Of a stretch of DNA of 64,000 nt, positions 20,603-32,399 are shown one piece after another; the stretch's first letter is position 1; every line of letters starts with the position of its first letter. The position numbers and the translations under genes are program-made. This DNA comes from Flavobacteriales bacterium. GTDB lineage: Bacteria > Bacteroidota > Bacteroidia > Flavobacteriales_F > PHOS-HE28. The notes below the pieces were generated by a model that was given only the letters and a program-made list of their open reading frames with translations, was not told the DNA's origin and made no database searches. The stretch is taken from assembly GCA_016721005.1 (NCBI GenBank), contig JADKJM010000016.1, positions 276,053 to 340,052 on the forward strand. The letters run 5' to 3'.

Positions 20603-21625
20603 ATGTTCGCGCGCACCCGTGACGCCATCGAGTGGTCCCGCAAGACCACACCCCGGCGGTTGCGCAACGCGGCGGGTTTGTGGACGAGCTACCAGCGCGC
20701 GAAACGCACGAAGGATCCACGCATCGGCGGACTACCCTTCAGTATCAGCTTCGAACCCACCACGGCGTGCAACCTGCGCTGTCCGGAGTGCCCCAGCGGC
20801 TTGCGGAGTTTCACGCGGCCGACCGGAAATTTGAGGACGGACCTCTTCGAACGCGTGATGGATGAGCTCGGCCCCGATCTCTGGGCGCTCACGTTCTACT
20901 TCCAAGGCGAGCCGTTCATCAATCCCAGCTTCCTGGACATGGTGGGGATCGCTCACGCGAAAGGATTGTACACCAACACCAGCACGAACGCGCACTTCCT
21001 CACCGAAGAGAAGGCCGAAGCAACGGTGCGCAGTGGGTTGTCGCGGCTCATCATTTCACTGGACGGCACCGATCAGGAAACGTACTCCGCCTACCGCCGC
21101 GAAGGCGAATTGGCCAAGGTGATCGAAGGCGCGGAACGGATCGTGAAGTGGAAGAAGAAGCTGAAGAGCCTCACGCCGCACGTGGTCTTCCAGTTCCTGG
21201 TGGTGAAACCGAATGAGCACCAGATCCCCGAAGCACGAGCCTTGGCCAAGCGCATCGGCGTGGACGACCTCTGGTTGAAGACCGCGCAGATCTACGAGCC
21301 GAAGGATGATCACCCATTGATCCCCACGCTGGACAAGTACGCCCGTTATCGCCGAACAGCGAACGGCACGTGGGAGGTGAAGAACAGGTTGGAGGACGAC
21401 TGCTGGAAGATGTGGCACAGCTGCGTGATCACATGGGATGGCAAAGTGGTTCCGTGCTGCTTCGACAAGGACGCGCACCACGTGCTCGGCGATCTGCGCA
21501 CACACAGCTTCAGCGAGCTGTGGAAAAGCGATGCGTACAATGATTTCCGTCGGTCGTTGCTGCACGCGCGCAGCAGCATCGAGATGTGCAGGAATTGTAG
21601 CGAGGGGAGCCCGGTGTGGACCTAG
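20603..21625 (+). CDS. radical SAM / SPASM-domain protein
   Basis: CNLRCPEC (C-x3-C-x2-C) radical-SAM cluster motif, plus a C-terminal Cys-rich SPASM-like segment (CCFDKDAHH...CRNCSEG). Confidence 0.8.
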   Translation: MFARTRDAIEWSRKTTPRRLRNAAGLWTSYQRAKRTKDPRIGGLPFSISFEPTTACNLRCPECPSGLRSFTRPTGNLRTDLFERVMDELGPDLWALTFYFQGEPFINPSFLDMVGIAHAKGLYTNTSTNAHFLTEEKAEATVRSGLSRLIISLDGTDQETYSAYRREGELAKVIEGAERIVKWKKKLKSLTPHVVFQFLVVKPNEHQIPEARALAKRIGVDDLWLKTAQIYEPKDDHPLIPTLDKYARYRRTANGTWEVKNRLEDDCWKMWHSCVITWDGKVVPCCFDKDAHHVLGDLRTHSFSELWKSDAYNDFRRSLLHARSSIEMCRNCSEGSPVWT

Positions 21626-21675
21626 GCGCGACTCCGGGTCAAGCCCTGAGTGACAACCGTGCGGCGCTCCGCACC

Positions 21676-22236
21676 TTAGACCTTCATGATATCCTTCTCC
21701 TTCAACCCAAGGAGGTCCTCCACCTTCTTGTTGTAGGTGCCGGTGAGTTTCTCCACCTGACCTTCCAGGTCCTTCGCGTGATCCTCCGGTAAGCCATCCT
21801 TCTTCGCGGACTTGATCGTGTCCATCGCTTTCTGGCGACTGCTGCGAATCCCCACCTTGGCATGCTCGGCCTCGGCGTGTGCCGTCTTCACCAACGTTTT
21901 GCGACGTTCCTCCGTGAGCATCGGCACATGGATGATCACGCTCTCGCCGTTGTTGCTCGGGTTGAAGCCGAGGTTCGCTCCGATGATCGCCTTCTCGATC
22001 GGGTCGATCATCTTCTTCTCCCACGGTTTCACGAACAACGTGCGCGCATCACCGGTGTTGATGCTCGACACTTGCGTGAGCGGTACCATCTGGCCGTAGT
22101 AGTCCACCCGCACGCCCTCGAGCATCGCGGGGTTGGCCGCACCGGCGCGCACCTTGGTCAATTCGTTGTCGAGGTGCTCAACGGCTTTGTGCATGTGCTC
22201 TTCGCACTGCGAAATGGTGGATGCGCTATCGATCAT
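21676..22236 (-). CDS. frr: ribosome recycling factor
   Basis: 186 aa beginning MIDSASTISQCEEHMHKAVEHLDNELTKVRAGAANPAMLEGVRVDYYG; classic RRF. The ORF track extension to 22485 is non-protein-like. Confidence 0.9.
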   Translation of the reverse strand: MIDSASTISQCEEHMHKAVEHLDNELTKVRAGAANPAMLEGVRVDYYGQMVPLTQVSSINTGDARTLFVKPWEKKMIDPIEKAIIGANLGFNPSNNGESVIIHVPMLTEERRKTLVKTAHAEAEHAKVGIRSSRQKAMDTIKSAKKDGLPEDHAKDLEGQVEKLTGTYNKKVEDLLGLKEKDIMKV

Positions 22237-22330
22237 GGGAACCGGTCTTGGAAAGTGGATGCCAAAAATAGACACCTCCATCGGACCAATACGCGGCTTT
22301 TCCGGCAAGTACCTTCGGCGCCCTCCTACC

Positions 22331-23080
22331 ATGCGCACCGCAAAGGCCTTCGGACATCTGGTGGAACACATCCTCCGCCTCGGGCCTGTGCGCGGTCTCC
22401 GGGTCCTGTGGCTGAAGCAGCGCGGTCCCGGGCAACGCGCCACCATCCGGCATCGCGATCTGGCGGGTCCGATCACCATCCGCACAGGAAGCAGTGACCT
22501 CGCGATCTTCGATGAGGTGGTGATGGGCGGCGGCTATGCCTTTCCGCTATCTGCTCCTCCTGCTGTGATCCTGGACATCGGCGCCAACATCGGGTTGGCC
22601 ACATTGTGGTTCAAGCGTCGCTATCCGAACGCGCGCATCATCGCTGTGGAACCCGACGCGGAGAATTTCTCGTTGCTTCAACTCAACACCAAAGGCCTGG
22701 TCGGGGTCGAACTCGTGCGCGCCGCGATCGCACCTGCCGACGGTCGCATCGGCTTCCAGCGCGAAGGGCTCAACCCTTCCGCCTACCACATCCGTTCACT
22801 GGAAACCGGTGAAGAAGGCGTGCCTGCGATCTCCATGACCACGCTGCTCGAACGCTTCGATCTGCAAAAAGTCGATGTGTTGAAGCTGGATATCGAAGGT
22901 GCCGAGAAGGAACTCTTCGAGGCTGCTGACCTCAGCTGGATGGACCGCGTACACACCTTCGCGGTGGAACTGCACGACCGCATTCGACCGGGTTGCGGCC
23001 ACGCGTTCTTCAGTGCGACATCGCGTGCGAAGCGGAACTACGACGTCCACGAATACCTGGTGATCGCGACGAAGGGTTAA
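22331..23080 (+). CDS. FkbM-family methyltransferase
   Basis: [16 protein letters not shown]-binding motif and [14 protein letters not shown] motif. An alternative start lies at 22259. Confidence 0.7.
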   Translation: MRTAKAFGHLVEHILRLGPVRGLRVLWLKQRGPGQRATIRHRDLAGPITIRTGSSDLAIFDEVVMGGGYAFPLSAPPAVILDIGANIGLATLWFKRRYPNARIIAVEPDAENFSLLQLNTKGLVGVELVRAAIAPADGRIGFQREGLNPSAYHIRSLETGEEGVPAISMTTLLERFDLQKVDVLKLDIEGAEKELFEAADLSWMDRVHTFAVELHDRIRPGCGHAFFSATSRAKRNYDVHEYLVIATKG

Positions 23081-23790
23081 CCCTCCACCAGCGTCCCGAC
23101 CTTCTCTCCAGCCATCAACCGGCCAAGGTTGCCGGGCTTGTTCATGTCGAACACGATGATCGGCAACTTGTTCTCCCGGCACAGCGTGAAGGCCGTGAGG
23201 TCCATCACGTTCAAGCCTTTCGAATACACTTCGGTGAAGGTGATGCGGTCGTACTTCGTTGCCGTCTTATCCTTCTCCGGATCAGCGGTGTAAATGCCGT
23301 CTACCCGTGTTCCCCTGGGCATCACGTTGGCCTCGATCTCGATCGCGCGCAAGCTCGCCGCGGTATCAGTCGTGAAGTAAGGATTGCCCGTACCCGCACC
23401 GAAGATCACCACACGACCCTTCTCCAAGTGCCGCACCGCGCGACGACGGATGAAGGGCTCGGCGATGGTGTCCATCTTGATGGCACTGAGCAACCGCGTG
23501 TTGTGGCCCTTGTGCTCCAAGGCGCTTTGCAAGGCGAGCGAGTTGATCATCGTCGCCAGCATACCCATGTGATCGCCCTGCACCCGGTCGATCCCATTCC
23601 CTTCCGCCTGCATGCCGCGATAGATATTGCCTCCACCGATCACGATCGCCACTTGGACGCCCGTCTTCACGATCGCACTGATCTCACTGGCATAGTGGTC
23701 CAAGCGGACGCTGTCGATGCCATACGCTTGGTCGCCCATCAGGCTTTCGCCGGAGAGCTTCAGGAGGATGCGCTTGTAGGGGTGGGCCAT
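23077..23790 (-). CDS. pyrH: UMP kinase
   Basis: [21 protein letters not shown]...[10 protein letters not shown]; amino-acid-kinase family UMPK signature. 236 aa. Confidence 0.9.
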   Translation of the reverse strand: MAHPYKRILLKLSGESLMGDQAYGIDSVRLDHYASEISAIVKTGVQVAIVIGGGNIYRGMQAEGNGIDRVQGDHMGMLATMINSLALQSALEHKGHNTRLLSAIKMDTIAEPFIRRRAVRHLEKGRVVIFGAGTGNPYFTTDTAASLRAIEIEANVMPRGTRVDGIYTADPEKDKTATKYDRITFTEVYSKGLNVMDLTAFTLCRENKLPIIVFDMNKPGNLGRLMAGEKVGTLVEG

Positions 23791-24170
23791 GCTGCGGGAT
23801 GTGGTCCGAAGGATCGCTCCGGCGGGGCCAAAGCAACGAAAAAGGAGTGGCTCAGGAAGCGCTGGCCGAAGTGCGCGCCGCAACCAATCCGGTAAAAACC
23901 GTCGGTGATCCTGTGGCAGGCATCCTTCACGCGTTGGAACACCAGGGGAACGCAGCACGCGCATTCCAACGCCGCGAGTACATGGCCTTCTATCCACGGA
24001 TCTCCACCGCAACGGCGACACGGGATCTGAAGGAAGCGGCGAGTGTTGGAAGACTTAGAGCAGAAGGGTGTGGAAGGAGTGTGCGGTATCAAGCTACATC
24101 TTGATCAGAGATCCATCACTACTTAGGAAACCTGGCCGAGCTTCCGGAAGCCTACAAGGTGAGTTGCTGC

Positions 24171-24948
24171 CTCAGAACTGGAAGCCGCTATCAGCATAGG
24201 CCGGTCCCACAAGACGTGGTTCGCCGGAGGCTTACTCAACATCTGCAAACTCCACAACGACCCCAAGAACAGCGTCAACCGCAAACGCAAGCCCGCCGCT
24301 TGGACCGACCACTATCTGGATCTCCTCCTCGGATTCAAGACGCGATAGCCCTTGGGTTCATATCAATAGCCCAATGATTCATCTGCCAAACCGGGAATAA
24401 TCATGGAGATGGAATGTCGTGAAGGGATCTTCTTGGGCCAAACTCCAGACCAAGGATCAATGAAAGACCATTACCCCGGCGAGGTGTGGACGGCTGTAAC
24501 GCCAGACCATTGTGTTTCAACCAGGCATATACGTCTCGAATCACAGCAAAACCGGTGGCCTCAAAGAAGACCCGAGCTCCATTCCAAATAACACGAGAGT
24601 ATCGACCACCGAAGCGAATTGCAGAACCTACTTGGGACCGTCTCCATCGTTTGAAACCGTTCTCCAACTCAGAAGGGTAGTTACGTCCATGGCTACTCTG
24701 TAAGCGCTAGGTACGACCCCACCTAATACAACCCCCGCATCCCATGTTTCATACTGTGCCAGATTCATAGCCAAGCCGAAGCCGACTCCGAAGCTCTTGC
24801 ACCTCATAGATGTTGTGCTTAACAATATCGTCTTATTCGAAAGTGGAAGAAACAAGCGCTTATTTGCTTCGCGATCGAGCCATCCAAGATCAACCAAGAA
24901 CGACGTCCGCTCACCTAATTCGTGCCTATAACGGACACCATACATCAA
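24171..24948 (-). pseudogene. remnant of an outer-membrane beta-barrel protein gene (multiple frame breaks), AT-rich
   Basis: Reverse strand ends ...GPAYADSGFQF-stop at 24171, a C-terminal aromatic typical of OM barrels. Protein-like fragments are spread over at least three frames (24401..24667 and 24628..24948). GC falls to about 47% versus about 60% in flanking DNA. Confidence 0.3.
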
Positions 24949-24988
24949 GTCAGGCTTGGGTACATCGACGGCGACTGTCGAACCTTCC

Positions 24989-26396
24989 TGACTCGTCCTG
25001 ATCCGGGTTTACGCAAAAGCGAACCTCATGAAGGACGGAACGGACAAGGAAAAAGGAAGGCCACGCAAATACGATGTGGCGTTCAAACGAATGGGCGATC
25101 GGCGAGTACCGGAGCGGTCGCTGGACCATGGAGCAATTGCGTCGGCGATACGCCTTGGCGGGCAAGAGCTGTATTGCAGAATGGATGACGCAGATGGACC
25201 TTGGTGCGCGGCCACAGCCCTGTGCCGAAGTTTGGGCGATCAACCCCAAGGAGATGCCCCAGCGCAAGAAGAGCGAACGCAGCGCGGACCTGCGCAACCG
25301 GATCAGGGAACTGGAACGGCAACTGGAGGATGAACAGCTCAAGAGCGAAGCCTATTCCAAGCTGATCGACCTGGCGGAGAGCGAGCACCGGATCGCGATC
25401 CGAAAGGCCAATACCAAGTGATCCGTGAGATGAAGGACAGCTATCCGCACATCAGCTTGGTGCGGCTCTGTCGATCATTTGGTGTTACACGACAAGCCTT
25501 CTATCAGCACTTCTGGACGACCCAAGCCTATTGCATGGAACATGAACTGGTGCTGGTGCGCGTGCAGGAGATCCGCCAGGACCATCGGCGCTTGGGTACG
25601 CGTAAGTTGATGGACAAGCTCCAGCCCTTCCTCCTGGAGCACCACATCAAGATGGGCCGCGACGCGCTCTTCGATCTGCTCGCCGATCACGGTCTGCTGG
25701 TACGACGGCTCCGCAAGTACATCCACACCACACGCTCATCGCACTGGTTACGCAAGTGGCCCAACCTGATCAAGGACAGGAAGCTCACCGGACCTGGGCA
25801 GCTCTGGGTAAGCGATATCACCTACTTCAAGACCGGGAAGGAAGGCTACACTTACATCAGCTTGATCACCGACGCTTGGTCGCACCGCATCATGGGCCAC
25901 CACTTGGCCACGGACCTTGAAGCAGCCAGCACATTGGAAGCCTTGCGCATGGCCATCGCACAGGCGGTCACCGTTCCCAAGGGCTTGATCCATCACAGCG
26001 ATCGTGGCGTGCAGTACTGTTCGCAAGCGTACGTGGATGTGCTGCAACAATAGCATCGGCAAAAGCATGACCGAGAGGGCGATCCGCCCGGAGAACGCCG
26101 TGGAACGCATCAACGGGATCATCAAACAGGAATACCTCGATACATGGTGCATCGATACGGTTGCACAGGCGCGTGCCGCTCGGGAACGTGCCGTGTTCCC
26201 TCTACAACTCCGATCACCGCATAACAGCATCAGCAATCTTTACACCTGACCGCGCACACTGGTACAAAAGTCGAACGGCTTTGGAAGAACTCTACCAAGC
26301 GAACACCTGTCAACGCAGTTCAGGACGTTCTCTCAGCTGTAAACCTAACTCCGGACATCAACCCAAAACCTGTAAACCCTTTTCCAGGACGGGTCA
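24989..26396 (+). mobile_element. IS3-family insertion sequence, degraded (about 1.4 kb)
   Basis: Terminal inverted repeats: tgactcgtcctgatccgggtttac (24989-25012) and gtaaaccc...caggacgggtca (26372-26396), with TG...CA ends. Internal orfA/orfB-like frames carry extra frameshifts. Confidence 0.6.
25028..26249 (+). pseudogene. IS3-family transposase OrfA/OrfB, frameshifted beyond the programmed -1 site
   Basis: OrfA HTH/leucine-zipper region is split between frames (MKDGTDKEKGRPRKYDVAFKRM... | AIGEYRSGRWTMEQLRRRYALAGKSCIAEWMTQ). OrfB DDE integrase core (LWVSDITYFKT...IHHSDRGVQYCSQAY) terminates early. The C-terminal remainder is in another frame (26004..26249). Confidence 0.6.
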
Positions 26397-26785
26397 CTAC
26401 GCAATGGTAAATGCGCCCCCATCGGTACTCAGGGCCCCGCTAACGCGGATCGCGATGCGTATGCGCACACAACCCGGCTATGTCTTCCTGCGTCGGTCCC
26501 GGTCAATGCCATGTCATGGTCATCACTCACCACCCCTCAGCCCCGCGATGATGGATAACACACCACCACCTGAACCGCCGCACGGTCTTCCTTCCTCAGC
26601 GCCTCTGCACCACCAAGGGTAGTAGCGTATAGGCCGGATCGATCGCCAGCATTCGGGCGTGCCGCTCACCGCCCCACGAAGATATTTCACCCCCGATGCA
26701 ATAGCCCACGCGCATGATGGGTTGATCGTTCCAAGAGCGGACCGGAAGAAATAGGTCCGCTACCTTCCCCACCATTTCCCGCACC

Positions 26786-29700
26786 ATGTTCCCCAGACCC
26801 GCATTCCGCGCGCGTTCAGCCCTGCCCTGCTCTGCACCCTCCTCTTGGCCGCGTGTCGCGGCAACAGCAACGCATCGAACCCGATGTCGCGTTCACGCCC
26901 TACATCCCCGCGTTCACTGCGGGGCATATCTCGGCGCGTGCGCCGATATCGTGCGCGTGGCGGCCGGGCGCGCTGGAAGGACAGCACGGATGCCGCCATC
27001 CAAGGGCTCTTCGACATCGATCCATCGGTGAAGGGCACGGTGCGCCCGGCAGGATAATCCTCACCCTCGCCTTCCAACCCAACGAACGCTTGGAGCAGGA
27101 CCGCACCTATACCGTGGAGTTCGATGCAGGAAGATTGATCGAGGTGCCCAAGGGCTTGCAGACCTTCAAGTTCCAAGTGACCACCTACAAGCAGGGACTG
27201 GATGTGAAGGTGACGGACATCCGTTCGCTCAGCACCACCGACCTGAAGTGGCAACGCTTGGTGGTGAGCGTGTACACGAGCGACGACGCACAGATGGAAT
27301 ATGGAAGGATGCTTCACCACGAAACAGGACGGCCGCGCATTGGCGATGGCATGGGAGCATGAGCCGAACGGCCGCTACCACCGCTTCACCGCGGACAGTG
27401 TGAAGCGTGGCGAAAGACCTCGCGCGTGGACATCACTTATGGAACGGGAAGAAGATCGGCAGCAACGATGCCGCCACCCTCCCCCTTCGACGTCTCAAGC
27501 GATCGGTGATCTCGCGCTGATCCGCGCGACGACCTTCAGCGATGGCGAGCAGTACGCGACCTTGCAATTCAGCGATCCGTTGGATCCGCGCAGGACGTGA
27601 GCGGCCTCGTGGGCATCGCCGGTGCGGACAACGTGCGCATCACGCAGGATGGCAACAAGCTGGTGCTCTATCCGGGCACGCGGTTGAGCGGCAACCAGCA
27701 AGGCTTCGTGAGCGCGGGCCTGCGCAATGTGAACGGCAAAAAAGCTGGGCAAGGACATCAGCGTGGATCTGGTGTTCGAGGAGTTGAAGCCCGCCGTGCG
27801 CTTCATCGGCAAGGGCACCATTCATGCACCAGAGCGTGTACCCCTGCGAAGGCGGCGATCCGGTGGAGCAACCGCACGAGAAGAGTTGGGAGGAGGAACA
27901 GGCCGCCTACGATGTGCAGCAGGACTACTATTACTACGACGAGTACGACAACTACGACTACGACGAGGGCTACGACTACCAGGAGCGCGAGGATCCGTGC
28001 AAGACGAGCTACTACATGCGCAACACCAGCGCGGCGCGGAACATCCTCGCCTCGGACATCGGGCTGATCGCGAAAGTGGGCAACGATGGCAGCATGCTGG
28101 TGGCGGTGAGCGACCTGCGCAGCACCAAGCCGATGAGCGGCGTGAAGCTGGAAGTGCTGGACCTGCAACGCAAGGTGATGACGCAGACCATCACGGATGG
28201 CGAAGGTTTGGCTACGATCCCCGCCGGTGCGCACAAGCCCTTCCTGCTCACCGCGAGCAAGGGTTCGCAGCGCGGCTATTTGAAATTGGATGACGGCTCC
28301 TCGCTCTCGGTGAGCAACTACGATGTGGGCGGCGAAGCGATCGAGCGCGGCTTGAAAGGCTTCCTCTACGGCGAGCGCGGCGTATGGCGTCCGGGTGATT
28401 CACTCTACCTCAGCTTCATGTTGCAGGATGCCCGGGGGAAACTCCCGAAGGACCATCCGGTGGTGTTGGAGATCAGCGACCCGCGCGGTCGCTTGGATCA
28501 GAAGCAGGTGCGCACCACGAGTGTGAACGGTGTGTACGCCTTCCGCTGTTCGACTTCGCCGGATGCCCCGACAGGCTATTGGAACGCGGTGGTGCGCGTG
28601 GGCGGCACGGCCTTCCACAAGAGTTTGCGCATTGAAACGATCAAACCGAACCGCTTGAAGGTGCTGCTGGACTTCCCGGATGGCCCGGTCGGAAGGAAGG
28701 GCTGCGCCTGAGCGCCGACGGTGGGAACCGTGTTCAACTCCACTCCCACTGGCTGCACGGCGCGCCCGCGCGGAACCTGAAGAGCCGCGTGACGGTGACC
28801 ATGAGCAATGGCTGGCCCGACTTTTCAGGATTTGAGAAGTACCAGTTCAACGACCTGCGCACGTGGGTGCCGAACGAGGAGCAAGTAGCCTTCGATGGGA
28901 CCTTGGATGAAAAGGGTGAAGCGAGCTTCGACCTGGAATTGAACATGGGACGCAGCGCTCCCGCCGTGGTGAACACCAACATCGTGACGCGCGTGTTCGA
29001 GGTAAGCGGCGATGCGAGCATGGACCAAGTGAGCGTCCCGTACTACCCGTACTCCAGCTACGTGGGCATGAAGCTGCCCGAGCTTCGCAATTCGTGGGGC
29101 ACCTTCCAAACGGACACCACTTACAAGTTCGCCGTGGTGAGCGTGGACGCGCACGGCAAGCCGATCGCCAGCCACGCGCTGAAGGCGCAGGTGTACAAGC
29201 TGAACTACAACTGGTGGTGGGATGGCTCCATCACCGGATCGAGCAGCTACATCAGTTCGCCGAGCGTGGAGTTGCAACAGGAACAGCAACTCACTACCGA
29301 TGCGAAAGGCAAGGCCGTGATGAAGTTCCGCATCGATGCGTCCACAGTGGGGCCGCTACGCGGTGCGGATCACCGACCCGGCGAGCGGTCACGCCAGCGC
29401 GGTGCAGATCTACATGGATTGGCCGGGTTGGGAAGGACGCAGTCGCCGACAGGACCCGGACCAAGCGGCGGTGTTGAGCTTCAACGCCGACAAGGAGAAG
29501 TACAACGTCGGCGATAAGGCCACGCTCATCATCCCCAGCGGTGGAAGCGGTCGCGCGTTGGTGAGTTTGGAGACCGGCAGTCGCGTGTTGGATGCGGTGT
29601 GGGTGGAGTTGAAAGCGAAGGAGACGCGGCACAGCTTCATCATCACAGCGGACATGGCGCCGAACGTGTACGCGCACGTCACGTTGTTGCAACCGCACGC

Positions 29701-32108
29701 AAAGACAGTGAACGATCTGCCGATCCGCTTGTACGGCGTGATCCCGATCCCAGTGGAGGACGCGGGCACGCACTTGGAACCGGTCGTGAACCTGCCGAAG
29801 GAGATCGCACCGATGTGCCCTTCAGCGTGGAGGTGAACGAGAAGAGCGGTCGCGGCATGACATACACGCTCGCGATCGTGGATGAAGGATTGCTCGATCT
29901 CACGCGCTTCAAGACGCCGGATCCGTGGAACTACTTCTATGCGCGCGAAGCGCTCGGGGTGCGCACATGGGATCTGTATGATCAGGTGATCGGCGCATTC
30001 GGGCAGCAGATCCAGCGCGTGCTCGCACTCGGTGGTAGCGATGACGCCGGAAAGGGTGATGCCGCGCGTGCGAACCGTTTCAAGCCGGTGGTGCGCTTCG
30101 TCGGTCCGTTCAAACTGGAACGCGGAAAGAAGGCCAAGCACGACTTCACCATTGGCAACTACGTGGGCAGTGTGCGCGTGATGGTGGTGGCCACCGACGG
30201 CGAGAAAGCCTATGGCCACACGGAGAAGGCTGTGCCCGTGCGCAAACCATTGATGGTACTCGCCACACTCCCGCGCGTGCTCGCACCCGGTGAGACCGCC
30301 GACCTGCCGGTGACGGTCTTCGCGATGGATGCGAAAGTGAAGGAGGTGGTGGTGAAGATCGAACCGAACGAGTTCCTGATACCCGAAGGCCCGTCGCAGA
30401 AGACGATCCGATTCACCGCGATGGGTGATCAAGTGGTGAACTTCCGCGTGAAGGTGAAGGAAGCGATCGGTGTGGCGAAGATGAAGGTGACCGTGAGCGG
30501 CGCCGGTGAAAGCGCGAGCGAGAAGATCGAACTGCAAGTGCGGCAACCGAACCTGCCCGCGACGGAAGTGACGGAAGCATTGCTCGATGCGAACAAGGAT
30601 TGGAGCGCGACACCTACACCGCTCGGCGTACAGGGGACAAATGCGGCGTATGGGAGTGAGCACCATTCCTCCGGTGGACATGGGGGCGCCGCTTGCAATA
30701 CCTGCTCGACTATCCGCACGGATGTCTGGAGCAGACCACGAGCAAGGCCTTCCCGCAGCTCTTCATCGCGAAGGTGATGGAACTGCCCGCGCGCGGCGAC
30801 CAGATGGCGCGCAGCAATGTGGAAGCGGCACTGCGGAAGATGTCGCAGTTCCAGCGCAACGACGGCGGTTTCAACTACTGGCCGGGCGGCGACTACTATG
30901 ACAACTGGACGAGCATCTACGCGGGCCACTTCATTGTGGAAGCGGAACGCGCCGGTTATGCCGTGCCGGGGAATGTGAAGAACAACTGGTTGTCCTTCCA
31001 GCGGAAGCAAGCGCGCGAATGGAACGGCGTGGTGCCGGAAGGATGGAGCCGACAAGGCACGCAACTCACGCAGGCGTATCGCTTGTATGTGCTTGCCCTC
31101 GCAAAAGCGCAAGAGCTCCCCGCGATGAACCGCTTGCGTGAACAACCCACGCTCGGCCTGCAAGCCAAGTGGATGCTGGCCGCAGCGTACGCGTACGTGG
31201 GTCGCAAGGATGTGGCGCAAGCGATCGTGAAAGGCGTGGACACCACCATCCCCGCCTACACGGAACAGTACTGGACCTACGGCAGCGATCTGCGCGACGA
31301 GGCCTTGGTGGCAGAAGCGTTGCTCGCGATGGGTGAAACGGAACGCGCCGCACCGGTGGTGCAACGCATCTCGCGCCGCTTGAGCAGCGAAGGTTGGTAC
31401 AGCACGCAGAGCACGGCATTCGGCTTATTGGCCGTGGCGCGCTTGGCGGAGAAGAGCCAATTGGGCAAGGGCATGAGCTTCACGCTCACCGCTGCCGGAA
31501 AGCGCACGGAGAAGTTCAGCGAGAAGGCGATCTGCCGCGTGGATCTACCGGTGCCCGATGGTCGCGCGAGCGTGTCGGTATCGAACACCGGCAAGAACCT
31601 GCTCTATGTGCGCATGGTGCGATCAGGCACTCCGCTGGCCGGGAACGAAAAGCCTTCCAGCAGTGGATTGAACATGAGCGTGAGCTACACGCGCATGGAC
31701 GGCATGGCGCTCGATCCTTCACGCATCGAACAAGGCACGGACTTCATGGCGATCGTGACGGTGACGCATCCGGGTGTTGCAAGCGGCTACCAACAACTCG
31801 CGTTGTCGCAACTCTTCCCGAGCGGATGGGAGATCCGCAACACGCGCATGGAAGGAACGCTGGGCGGCGCGGCGCAAGGTCCGTACACCTATCAGGACAT
31901 CCGCGATGACCGTGTGCTCACCTACTTCGATCTGTGGAAAGGCCAGAGCCACACGTACCGCGTTCTGCTCAACGCCAGCTACACGGGGCGCTACTATCTG
32001 CCCGGTGCGTTCTGCGAAGCGATGTATGATCACACGGTGAACGCGCGCAGCATGGGCCGATGGGTGGAAGTGGTGGCTGCGGGGGATCCGGCGACGGCAT
32101 CGCAGTGA
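26786..32108 (+). pseudogene. bacterial alpha-2-macroglobulin (YfhM-like thioester protein) gene, disrupted by at least 12 frameshifts
   Basis: The 1774-codon span is covered by at least nine ORF pieces that switch between all three frames. It runs from an N-terminal lipoprotein-like start (…LLAACRGNSNAS) through MG-domain-like segments to the thioester region YPHGCLEQTTSKAFPQL (CxEQ motif, 30711-30760) and the C-terminal receptor-binding-like domain. Confidence 0.7.
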
Positions 32109-32195
32109 GTATGGAGTGGTGATGGAAGTACCGAGGAAGCGAATGGGGCATCGAACGCTGTGCGGGCGCGTTGGATCCGACGCTTTTGTTCATCG

Positions 32196-32369
32196 CCCAG
32201 GAGATTCCGGGTCAAGCCCGGAATGACAGACGCGCTTTGATGGGTGGTTCCGCCCGCCGTTCGGCGGGCGGAACCACCCATCTTGCATTTGTCACCCCGG
32301 CTTGACCCGGGGTCTCGAAAAGGCATCCTGCATTCGCAGGCACCATCAAACACGAACGGCGACCAATTG
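32196..32369. other. cluster of four strong hairpins between convergent gene ends (complex terminator / structured element)
   Basis: ttccggg-tcaag-cccggaa (32196-32214). Perfect 20-bp stem gatgggtggttccgcccgcc-gttc-ggcgggcggaaccacccatc (32229-32272). accccgg-cttga-ccggggt (32283-32301), which is also the reverse complement of hairpin 1. gaacggcgacc-aatt-ggtcgccgttc (32344-32369). Confidence 0.6.
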
Positions 32370-32399
32370 GTCGCCGTTCAGCTTTCATGCTGTGTGCGA

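Noticed and set aside
21056-22024. 322-aa minus-strand ORF overlapping both the radical SAM gene and frr
   Set aside because: It lies in a different frame from frr and is antisense to the radical SAM gene. It is Arg/Gly-rich.
26397-26786. Possible promoter or small gene between the IS3 right end and the A2M start
   Set aside because: No ORF with protein-like composition. It is probably residual A2M 5' region and promoter.
29410-30681. 423-aa minus-strand ORF inside the A2M region
   Set aside because: Antisense to the recognisable A2M fragments. His/Arg-rich with no motif.
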